62,953 bases of DNA, from contig JBDKRC010000044.1 of the NCBI GenBank assembly GCA_039683575.1, forward strand, positions 1 to 62,953, given 5' to 3'. The translations under genes and the position numbers were made by a program. The notes under the pieces were generated by a model, which was not told the origin of the DNA, made no database searches, and saw nothing but the letters and a program-made list of their open reading frames with translations. How positions within the stretch are numbered: the first letter of the stretch is position 1; every line of letters starts with the position of its first letter. The DNA is from Armatimonadia bacterium (GTDB lineage: Bacteria > Armatimonadota > Zipacnadia > Zipacnadales > UBA11051). Below are positions 55,173 through 62,953 of the stretch, piece after piece.

Positions 55173-55226
55173 GGCATGGATGCCTTAGCAGCTCCGCCAC
55201 TTGCGTACTCTTTCACGGAGGAAAGA
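55173..55226 (+). promoter_or_regulatory. Two CsrA-binding hairpins in the fliC leader
   Basis: GGCA-TGGA-TGCC (55173-84) and TCTTTC-ACGGAG-GAAAGA (55209-26); the second overlaps the SD. Confidence 0.75.
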
Positions 55227-55230
55227 TCTC

Positions 55231-56742
55231 ATGGCTTTGACCAGCATTAACCAGAACATTTCGTCACTCAACGCCCAGCGGAACCTGGGCCTGAACTCGA
55301 CTCGCCTGCAGAGTTCAGTCGAACGCCTGTCTTCAGGTCTGCGGATCAACCGCGGCGCTGACGACCCGTCCGGTCTGATCATCAGCGAGCTCTTGCGCTC
55401 GCAGGTGTCCAGCCTCGACGTGGCCCAGAAGAACGCGCTTGAGGGCGTGAACCTGATCAAGACTGCTGAGGGCGCGCTGAACGAGGTCAACGGGCTGCTG
55501 CGGCAGATGCGTGACCTGGCAGTGTCGGCGTCCTCGGACAGCAACAACACCGACGAATCCCGCGCGGCGCTGCAGATGCGCGTTTCCTCGGCTTTGACCA
55601 CCCTCGACTCCATTGCCAACACCACCGCCTACGGCGGCCGCAAGCTGCTCGACGGGTCGGCAGGCACCAAGAGCACAGTGGCTGACACCGCTCACGTGGC
55701 CAGCGCCAGCCTGTCCCTGAGCGACCAGACTGAGGGCTGGGTGGACGTGCATGTGACGGGTGTCGCCGAGAAGGCGACCGTGAGCAGCGATGCCGCTGCC
55801 GTAACCACCGCCGCGACGACCTTCGCCGCGGACATGACCAAGTTCGACGCCGGCGATGAAGTCGCCATGTATGTCAACGGCACGAAGGTCAACATCGCCA
55901 CCAACGGCCAGAACGGCAACATCGGCGATGCAACCACGTGGCAGAACATCGTGGACTCAGTCACGGCGCAGCAGAGCAGCCTGGGCGTGACGGCCACCGC
56001 GACCGCGGGCGGGACCTTCAGCGTGAGCAGCCTCGACTACGGCACCAACGCCCACGTGAGCGTGGAGTTCCGCAAAGTCACCGACTCCGGCGGCGACATG
56101 AACATCAGCGAGGCGCTCAGCGGCGCCGGCCAGGACCTGTTCGCAGCCGACGCCGGCGCCAACGCAGCGGGCCACGCGCACTTCAACGGCGGGGCGCAGG
56201 TGGACTTCACCACCGGGTCCGGCATGACGCTGAGCAACGCGACCTATGGCTCGATCACCCTCTCCGCGGCCGGCAACGCAGTCGCCGACTACGGAAGCGC
56301 GGTCTATGCCGAAGAGGGCAAGCTGGCGTTCCAGATCGGGATCAACGCCGGTGAGACCGCCGAGATGGAGATCCGCAACTGCGCGGCGTCAGAGCTGGGC
56401 AAGGGTGTGGACGCGACGTACACCAGCCTGGGCGCGATTGACATCTCGACGGTGGAAGGCGGGTCAAAGGCGCTGGCGGTGCTTGACAAGGCGATCGGGG
56501 AAGTCTCCGCACTGCGCGGCAACCTTGGCGCTTTCCAGGCCAACGAGCTCGAAGCGCAGTCCCGGTCGCTGGCAGTAACCCGCGAGAACCTGGCCGCGTC
56601 CGAAAGCGCCATCCGCGATACCGACTTCGGTAAGGAGATGAGCGAGTTCACGACCAGCCAGATCATGGTGCAGTCCGCGATGTCGTTCCTGTCGCAAGCC
56701 AATGGGCTGCCCAATAACGTGCTCAGCCTCATCAGAGGCTAA
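55231..56742 (+). CDS. fliC: Flagellin
   Basis: INQNISSLNAQRNL...ERLSSGLRINRGADDPSGL; FQIGIN; ENLAASESAIRDTDFGKEM. Confidence 0.97.
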   Translation: MALTSINQNISSLNAQRNLGLNSTRLQSSVERLSSGLRINRGADDPSGLIISELLRSQVSSLDVAQKNALEGVNLIKTAEGALNEVNGLLRQMRDLAVSASSDSNNTDESRAALQMRVSSALTTLDSIANTTAYGGRKLLDGSAGTKSTVADTAHVASASLSLSDQTEGWVDVHVTGVAEKATVSSDAAAVTTAATTFAADMTKFDAGDEVAMYVNGTKVNIATNGQNGNIGDATTWQNIVDSVTAQQSSLGVTATATAGGTFSVSSLDYGTNAHVSVEFRKVTDSGGDMNISEALSGAGQDLFAADAGANAAGHAHFNGGAQVDFTTGSGMTLSNATYGSITLSAAGNAVADYGSAVYAEEGKLAFQIGINAGETAEMEIRNCAASELGKGVDATYTSLGAIDISTVEGGSKALAVLDKAIGEVSALRGNLGAFQANELEAQSRSLAVTRENLAASESAIRDTDFGKEMSEFTTSQIMVQSAMSFLSQANGLPNNVLSLIRG

Positions 56743-56756
56743 GTGACAACCTAAAG

Positions 56757-56792
56757 GCCGGGCGCCTGCCCCTCCCTCCCCAGGCGCCCGGC
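56757..56792 (+). terminator. Stem-loop after fliC (stabiliser or partial terminator)
   Basis: GCCGGGCGCCTG/CAGGCGCCCGGC 12-bp stem without a U tract. Confidence 0.5.
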
Positions 56793-56948
56793 ACCATATA
56801 GAGGCAACGGCGGGAACGGATACGGCGGGAACGGGGAACGGGTGAGGCGGGAACGGGTGAGGCGGGAACGGAGGACGGCAAACGGCAAACGGCTTCGGAG
56901 GCGGGCAGGATGCCCGCGCACCTACGGCAACGGCAGGCGTGAGGCACT

Positions 56949-58850
56949 ATGGCACTTGGCACTACCTCGATTGATGGGCTGTTTTCCGGGCTGGATACTG
57001 CCAGCATCATTAGCTCGCTGACTAACATCCAGCGCAAGCCTATCACGGTGGTTGAGAACCGGATCAAGAGTCGGCAGCAGACGCTGGCGGCTTATCAGTC
57101 TTTGACGGCCCAGGTGCTGTCGCTGCAGAGCGCGTCGGCTAACCTCGCGACGGGGAGCTCTTTGCAGGCGCGGACGGTGAAGGTTTCGGAGAACACCGCG
57201 CTGGTGGCGTCGGCGGGGGCGGGGACGGCCGTGGGAACCTATGAGATTACAGTGAACCGGCTGGCCGAGGCGCATAAGGTCAGCTCGGGCGCTATCGCCG
57301 ATGAGAAGGCGGAGCTGGGGTTTGCGGGGGATCTGGTGGTCAATGGCAAGACGGTGACGCTCGCGGCGACCGATAGCCTGGAGGCGCTGCGAGACGGGAT
57401 CAACGACGCCGGCGCAGGCGTGGCGGCTTCGATTCTCAAGGTGTCGGAGACGGACCAGCGGCTGGTGCTGCGGAGCCTGAAGACCGGGATGGAGAACGCG
57501 ATTGAGGTGACCGGTGAGGCGGGGTTCCTTGCGACGTTGGGGTTGCACGATCTGCAAGCCGCAGTGGATGCGGAGATCGAGGTCGATGGGTATACGCTGA
57601 CGCGGGCCAGCAACAGTATTGACGACGCGGTGGCGGGGATGAGTCTGGATCTGCTCGTGGCCGATCCGACGAAGACGCTTGAGGTGACGGTCGGCGCGAA
57701 CTACCAGGCGGCGATCAGCGCGGTGCAGGGCGTGGTGAATTCGTACAACGCGATTGTCAACACGCTCAACGCGGGACAGAGCTTCGATACGGAGACCAAC
57801 ACCGGAGGCGCGTTCTTTTCCGAGAGCGCGATTCTGATGCTGCAAGAGGGGCTGCACGGGCAGGCAATGTCGCCAGCGGGGACGCTGGGCGGCAGCCTGA
57901 CCCTGATGTCGCAGCTCGGGCTGGGGACGGACCGCTATGGTGCGCTGACGCTGGACACGGCGAAGCTGCAGGAGAAGCTGGAGGCGGACCCGCAGGGCGT
58001 GATGCGGCTGCTCGGGACGCGGGCGGAGACGACGAGCGGGGAAGTCAGCTTCGAGGAAGCGGGCGCGGGGGTGCAGGACTCGGGGGCGGCGGGGTATGCG
58101 GTGAATATCACGCAGGCGGCGACCAGGGCGAAGGCGGTCAGCGGCGACCTGGTTGGGGGCATCGCGCGTGACGAGACTCTGACGATCAACGGGCAGTACA
58201 ACGTGCTGCTCGAAGCGGGGACGACGCTGGAGCAGGCGGCGGAGAAGCTGAACGCGGTTTTTGAGGGCAACAAGCTGGGGATCACGGCGTCGGCATCGAG
58301 CGGCAGGCTGGAGCTTCAGAGCGACTTCTATGGCAGCAACTACGGGATCAGCCTGGTATCAAGCCTAGGAGACGGCGAGGGCGGGACGGACCTGGGCGGG
58401 GCGACGGCGGGAACGGCGGAGACAGTGTATGGGACGAACGTGGCGGGGACGATCGGGGGTAAGGCAGCGACGGGTTGGGGACAGTGGCTGACCGGGGACG
58501 AGGGCGCGGTGAAGGGGCTGAAGCTGAAGGTCACGAGCACCGAGGCGGGCGAGAAGGGGGCGGTGAAGGTGAGCCAGGGGTTGGCGAGCCGGCTCAGCAA
58601 CTACTGCACGCAGGTGACCGAGAGTACGCAGGGGCTGCTGTCGCGGGCGTCGGCGGCGATCGATGACAACATCGAGGCGCTGAGCGAGGACGTCGAGAGG
58701 ATGGAGGCCTCCGTGACGCTGTACACGGAGCGGCTGCAACTGAAGTTCGCCGCGGCCGAGGGCATCATCGCGAAGAACAAGACAGTGCAGCAGTATCTGA
58801 CGACGCAGTTGGCGAGTTTGACGGGGACGAAGGTGGATTCGGAGGCGTGA
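56949..58850 (+). CDS. fliD: Flagellar filament cap FliD
   Basis: IDGLFSGLDTASII; GTYEITVNRLAEAH; TRASNSIDDAVAGMSLDL; ERLQLKFAA. Confidence 0.95.
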   Translation: MALGTTSIDGLFSGLDTASIISSLTNIQRKPITVVENRIKSRQQTLAAYQSLTAQVLSLQSASANLATGSSLQARTVKVSENTALVASAGAGTAVGTYEITVNRLAEAHKVSSGAIADEKAELGFAGDLVVNGKTVTLAATDSLEALRDGINDAGAGVAASILKVSETDQRLVLRSLKTGMENAIEVTGEAGFLATLGLHDLQAAVDAEIEVDGYTLTRASNSIDDAVAGMSLDLLVADPTKTLEVTVGANYQAAISAVQGVVNSYNAIVNTLNAGQSFDTETNTGGAFFSESAILMLQEGLHGQAMSPAGTLGGSLTLMSQLGLGTDRYGALTLDTAKLQEKLEADPQGVMRLLGTRAETTSGEVSFEEAGAGVQDSGAAGYAVNITQAATRAKAVSGDLVGGIARDETLTINGQYNVLLEAGTTLEQAAEKLNAVFEGNKLGITASASSGRLELQSDFYGSNYGISLVSSLGDGEGGTDLGGATAGTAETVYGTNVAGTIGGKAATGWGQWLTGDEGAVKGLKLKVTSTEAGEKGAVKVSQGLASRLSNYCTQVTESTQGLLSRASAAIDDNIEALSEDVERMEASVTLYTERLQLKFAAAEGIIAKNKTVQQYLTTQLASLTGTKVDSEA

Positions 58851-59180
58851 GGCGGGAACGGCGAAAACGGAAAACAGAAAACGGAAAACAGGCGGAGGGG
58901 AAGGCGGAGCGAGTAGTGTGTCATTCTGAGCGAAGCGAAGAATCCTCGGGGTGCGGACGGTAGCGAGGGGATTCTTCGTCGCTTCGCTTCTCAGAATGAC
59001 AGCCGGGGTGAGGCTCGTCAGCGTGAGGCGGGAACGGCGAAAACGGGAAACAGAAAACGGAAAACAGGCGGAGGGGAAGGCGGCGGGCGTGCGGTTGTCT
59101 TTGTGAGCGAAGCGAAGAATCTTCGGGGCGCGGGTGGGTAGCGAGGGGATTCTTCGTCGCTTCGCTTCTCAGAATGACAT
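58845..59180 (+). repeat. Tandem duplication (period 176 bp) of a composite repeat block
   Basis: GCGTGAGGCGGGAACGGCGAAAACGG... at 58845 and 59021, each followed by a GTCAT-family doublet. Confidence 0.9.
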
Positions 59181-59330
59181 GGTTGGTCGGGGACAACGGC
59201 GCGGGCCGGCTGAAGCTCGGCCCCTCCTGCAGAGTCGACGGTTGGTCGGGGATGGCGGCTTGGGCCGGCTTGAGACCGCAGAGGGGTCTCGGCTCGGCCC
59301 GTCCAGCGGAATGACAGTTGATCGGAGTTC

Positions 59331-59744
59331 ATGATGGGTGCTTCCTATCCAGCGCGGGCTTATCAGACTACCGCGGCAGAGACTGCTGACTGCAAGCATG
59401 CCGTGGTGCTGCTGTATGATGCGGCAGTGCGGTTCTTGTGCGGGGCGCGGGCGGCGATGCAGGCGCATGACTATGAGAACCAGTGTGAGAACATCCTGCG
59501 GGCGCAGAAGATCGTGTCCACGCTCATGGGGGCGCTCGACCGGGGCGTGAACCCGGAGTTCGCCGACAACCTGTGGGGGCTGTACAACTGGGTGCATGCG
59601 AATCTCACGCAGGCGGGGATCAAGGATGATATGGCGCTGCTCGAGCAGATCATCGAGATCATGACGAACCTGCGCGAGGCGTGGCGAGAGGCGGAGGCGG
59701 CTTGCCGGGCGGAGGAAGGCGGGGATGGGGCTAAGGCGGCGTAG
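59331..59744 (+). CDS. fliS: Flagellin chaperone FliS
   Basis: AYQTT...LLYDAAVRFL; RAQKIVSTLMGALD; NLWGLYNW; LREAW. Confidence 0.92.
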   Translation: MMGASYPARAYQTTAAETADCKHAVVLLYDAAVRFLCGARAAMQAHDYENQCENILRAQKIVSTLMGALDRGVNPEFADNLWGLYNWVHANLTQAGIKDDMALLEQIIEIMTNLREAWREAEAACRAEEGGDGAKAA

Positions 59745-59884
59745 GGGCAGAGGAAAGGCGAAGACGGAAAACAGAAAACGGAGAACAGGGGGAGGGGAAG
59801 GTGGGGTACGAAGAGGCGATGGGGTGACGTTGGAGCAGGTTCCGGCATGCGGAGCATGCCTGCCACGCGCAGGGAACGAAAAGC

Positions 59885-59920
59885 AAAGGGCCCTCCGGGA
59901 GAGAGACGGAGGGCCCTTTT
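59885..59920. terminator. Bidirectional terminator between fliS and the activator gene
   Basis: AAAGGGCCCTCCG/CGGAGGGCCCTTTT. Confidence 0.85.
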
Positions 59921-59992
59921 CGCGTCTGCCGGTTGAGGAACCGGCATTTGGTGGCTGGCTTCGCTGGGTCGAGGAGCGGTGCCAGCCGCTGG

Positions 59993-61219
59993 CTAGACGC
60001 CCACGCCGGTTATGGCTGGGACAGGGAAGAGACGCAGTGGAGCGTCCTGCTGGACCTCGTCCACGCTGAGGTGCTCGGCGTGGATGTTGCGCGAGGGCGA
60101 CATCAGGATCGCGCGCTGGATTACGTTCTCCAGCTCGCGGAGGTTGCCCGGCCAGTGGTGGTCGCGCAGCCGCGCCTCGGCACACTCGCAGAGGGTCTTG
60201 GCCCCGGAGCCGGGGGTGTGCTTGTTGAGGAAGTGGCGGGCGAAGACGAGTACATCGCCCTCGCGGTCGCGCAGGGGCGGCAGGTTGAGATTCATGACGG
60301 CCAGGCGGTAGTAGAGGTCTTCACGGAAGCGGCCTTCGCGGACAGCGCGGCGCAGGTCCTGGTTGGTTGCGGCGATGACCCGGACGTCCACCTTGACTGT
60401 CTCGAGACCCCCGACGCGGACGAAGCTCTTGTCCTGCAGAAAGCGCAGCATCTTGACCTGCATCGGCATGCTCATGTCGCCGATCTCGTCGAGGAAGAGC
60501 GTGCCCTTGTGGGCGGTTTCACAGAGGCCAGGCTTGGCGCGGGTGGCGGAGGTGAACGCCCCGCGCTCGTGGCCGAAGAGTTCGCTTTCGAGGAGGCTTT
60601 CGGGGATGGCGCCGCAGTTGACCGCGACGAAGGGCTTGTCGCGGCGGGGGCTCATGAAGTGCAGCGCCCGGGCGAGGTACTCCTTGCCGGTGCCGGTCTC
60701 ACCCTCGATGAGGCAGGTGACGTCGCTGGGGGCGGCCTGCGCGGCCTGGGTGTAGGTGCGGCGGCAGGAGCCGCTGGCGCTGTAGACGTGGTCGTAGTCG
60801 CTGCGCTTGCGGAAGCTGCGCCAGAGCAACTCGTACTGTGGCCGGCTGGCGGCGGTGAGACCGAGGGCTTCGGCCATCTGCCGGACGACGCGGTCGGCCG
60901 AGAGGCTGGCCGGGACGTAGTCATAGCAGCCGAGGCCGATGAAGGCAACGGCTTCGGAGATGGACGGTGAGGAGGTAACTGCGACTACCTCCCCCTCGTA
61001 GCCGTCCTCCCGCAGCCCGGCGACGGCCTCGACGGGATCGTCCGGAAAGCTCTGACAGTGTAGCAGCAGGTGGCTGCTGCGAGCGGCGAGCGACAGTTGT
61101 TGTGCGTCTTCCACCACGTCGGCTCGGAGCTTGAGCCTGGCCAGTTCGTTCGTCCATTTGGTTGCGACATCCTGATCTGTAGCGGCGACGAGGACAAGGT
61201 CGTGGATGGCTAGAGGCAC
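59993..61219 (-). CDS. Sigma54-dependent activator (bEBP) with degenerate receiver and no C-terminal HTH
   Basis: GETGTGKE; ESELFGHERGAFTSA; LFLDEIG; FREDLYYRL; WPGNLRELEN. GGAGG SD before GTG 61219; the protein ends shortly after the AAA+ domain. Confidence 0.9.
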   Translation of the reverse strand: MPLAIHDLVLVAATDQDVATKWTNELARLKLRADVVEDAQQLSLAARSSHLLLHCQSFPDDPVEAVAGLREDGYEGEVVAVTSSPSISEAVAFIGLGCYDYVPASLSADRVVRQMAEALGLTAASRPQYELLWRSFRKRSDYDHVYSASGSCRRTYTQAAQAAPSDVTCLIEGETGTGKEYLARALHFMSPRRDKPFVAVNCGAIPESLLESELFGHERGAFTSATRAKPGLCETAHKGTLFLDEIGDMSMPMQVKMLRFLQDKSFVRVGGLETVKVDVRVIAATNQDLRRAVREGRFREDLYYRLAVMNLNLPPLRDREGDVLVFARHFLNKHTPGSGAKTLCECAEARLRDHHWPGNLRELENVIQRAILMSPSRNIHAEHLSVDEVQQDAPLRLFPVPAITGVGV

Positions 61220-61344
61220 TCGATTCCCTCCCAAGAACGTTGCGCCCAATGGCAGCCGGTGACTGGTTGTAAACAGCAATGACATGCCGAGGGGGATATG
61301 CGCGCGCCCAACGCGCGAAGCGAATATGACTGACACCCAAAGGT

Positions 61345-61389
61345 GTATCGGCAGGAGTGCGGGTGAGCTTGAGGGGAAGGGATGTAAAA
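61345..61389 (-). promoter_or_regulatory. Sigma28-type promoter upstream of the bEBP gene
   Basis: TTTTACA-N9-CTCAAG...CTCCTGCCGATAC (TCAA-N16-GCCGATAC), closely matching the rpoN promoter. Confidence 0.7.
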
Positions 61390-61694
61390 ATGTTGATGGT
61401 AGAGGCGCGGCGGTAAATGCCAGTTGTCATTCTGAGCGAAGCGAAGAATCTCCGGATGGGTAGCGGGGGGATTCTTCGTCGCAAACGGCGCTCCTCAGAA
61501 TGACACGGTTGGTCGGGGAAGGCGGGGGTGTGAGATTGTCATTCTGAGCGAAGCGAAGAATCTCCGGATGCGGACGGTCGGCGGGGGGGATTCTTCGTCG
61601 CAAACGGCGCTCCTCAGAATGACAGCCGTGGTGACGCTCCTTAGGATGACACGGTTTGTCGGGGAGGGTCGGGGTCGGTGACCCCTCCCCCGGG

Positions 61695-62663
61695 CTAGAG
61701 GTCGGGGGGCGTTGAGGAGAGGAGGCGGATGGCTACTTTGCCGCTGGCCATGCCGGGTTCGCCCTGGAACTTGGGGACGCCGCCGATGGCGACCTCGAAG
61801 GGCTGGCCCGCGGGGTGCCGGAGGTCGAGGGTTTGGCCTGGGGAGAGGCTGAGGAGGGTGCGGAGGGTGAACGGCGGCGGCTCGAGGTAGGCGGTGATGG
61901 GGACGGGGGTTTCGGCGAGGGTCTCGCCAGCGGGGAGTTCCGGGACGGCGGCGTCGAGGTCGGTGGGGCTGATCGTGTCCTTCTCCTCGCGCAAGAGGCG
62001 CTTGACTGCCATCAGGGGCAGGCAGAGACGCAACAGGCCGGTGGTCTGGGCGATGTTGACCTCGAGACCCACGCAGAAGAGGCGCTCGTCGGTGGCGCGC
62101 AGGTCTATGGCTCCGGGGCTGGAGACCACCTCGTAGACGACAGGCGCCAGATCGCGCAGGCGGTCCCAAAGCTCGGTCCAGGCGCTGAGGATCTCCTGGA
62201 AGAGGCGGCGGAGGACGGCGCGCTGCACCGCAGTGGCCTCGGCGTCGGGCGGCTCGGAGAGTTCGCCGGCGCCCCCGAGCATGCAATCGAGAGCAGCATA
62301 CGCGGGGGCGGGCGAGAGTTCCCACAACGCAGGGGTGACGCCGCCGGCGAAGCCGACCACGCCGAGGACGGCCTTGTCGGAGAGGTTGCGCATGTACTGT
62401 TCGTAGCTCAGAACGTCCACCGAGGGGGCGCGGAACTCGGCCGTGTTGTTGAGATAGAGGCTGACGGTGTGGTCGAGCACGGCGGCGAGGACAGTGACGC
62501 GGCCCTGCAGCACGCGGAGGTGGTCGGGCGAGAGCTTGGTGGCGTGGCGGAAGTCGTAGAGCGCGGCGGTGGCCGGAGAGGCGCCGGGGCGCCGGTGGCG
62601 GTCGGCGACCTCGATGGCGGTGAAGAGCGTGTCGAGTTCGTCCTGGGTAATGAGGTCGGGCAT
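61695..62663 (-). CDS. fliM: Flagellar motor switch protein FliM
   Basis: N-terminal LITQDELDTLF; YDFRHATKLS; CheC-like middle domain; C-terminal SpoA domain (LSPGQTLDL...PKFQGEPG). Confidence 0.88.
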   Translation of the reverse strand: MPDLITQDELDTLFTAIEVADRHRRPGASPATAALYDFRHATKLSPDHLRVLQGRVTVLAAVLDHTVSLYLNNTAEFRAPSVDVLSYEQYMRNLSDKAVLGVVGFAGGVTPALWELSPAPAYAALDCMLGGAGELSEPPDAEATAVQRAVLRRLFQEILSAWTELWDRLRDLAPVVYEVVSSPGAIDLRATDERLFCVGLEVNIAQTTGLLRLCLPLMAVKRLLREEKDTISPTDLDAAVPELPAGETLAETPVPITAYLEPPPFTLRTLLSLSPGQTLDLRHPAGQPFEVAIGGVPKFQGEPGMASGKVAIRLLSSTPPDL

Positions 62664-62953
62664 TGGTTGAGGGCCTTTGGTCACGGTTGTCATTCTTAGG
62701 CCGGACGCCAGTTCGGAGAGCCAGGAAGCCCCAGCGTGTGGTCAAGAGGATCCTTCGTCGCTTCGCTCCTCAGGATGACACGCTGGTTGATGGGGCGGCG
62801 GGGTCAGTGCCCCCTCCCACAGTGGCGGCGGGCGAGCCGCCAGTAGTGTCTCATAAAAACTTGGGGGAGAAAGAGGGGTGGGAGAGCTCCGGCAAGAAGT
62901 GATTGTTACCAGACAACCTTCTGTGGAGGCTCTCCCGATGGCTCATTTCTCCG

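Noticed and set aside
1-62953. tRNA, rRNA, transposase or integrase genes
   Set aside because: No recognisable signatures by eye; tRNAscan-SE, Infernal and ISEScan were not run.

Overview
GC-rich bacterial chromosome segment, probably from a diderm Terrabacteria lineage such as Armatimonadota. This is inferred from the DUF1559/H-X9-DG prepilin-like gene, large CBM-bearing secreted proteins, and FlgH/FlgI occurring together with FliW/CsrA. A flagellar system is split into blocks: rpoN-flgBC-fliEFHI (8.7-15.4 kb); flhA (40.2-42.3 kb); flgFGAHI-flgJ-flgMNKL-fliW-csrA-fliC-fliD-fliS (44.7-59.7 kb); and fliM plus a sigma54 activator on the minus strand (60-62.7 kb). Between the blocks lie a TetR-headed hcp operon, a Tad pilus locus with three tandem Flp pilins (two missed by the ORF track), glycosyltransferases, secreted CAZyme-like proteins, two toxin-antitoxin loci (one decayed) and a lower-GC NDT/DRHyd-TPR gene. 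The most notable signal is regulatory. rpoN and an activator lacking both HTH and phospho-Asp each carry closely matching sigma28-type promoters, while flgB and flhA carry sigma54 promoters, which suggests an inverted or feedback sigma28-to-sigma54 flagellar cascade. Intergenic DNA is dense in several REP/MITE-like palindrome families, some inserted in frame in proteins. There are also CsrB-like CAGGAUG arrays near csrA and a strand-composition flip near flgH/flgI. No tRNA, rRNA, CRISPR array or transposase was recognised. All calls are by eye, without database searches.
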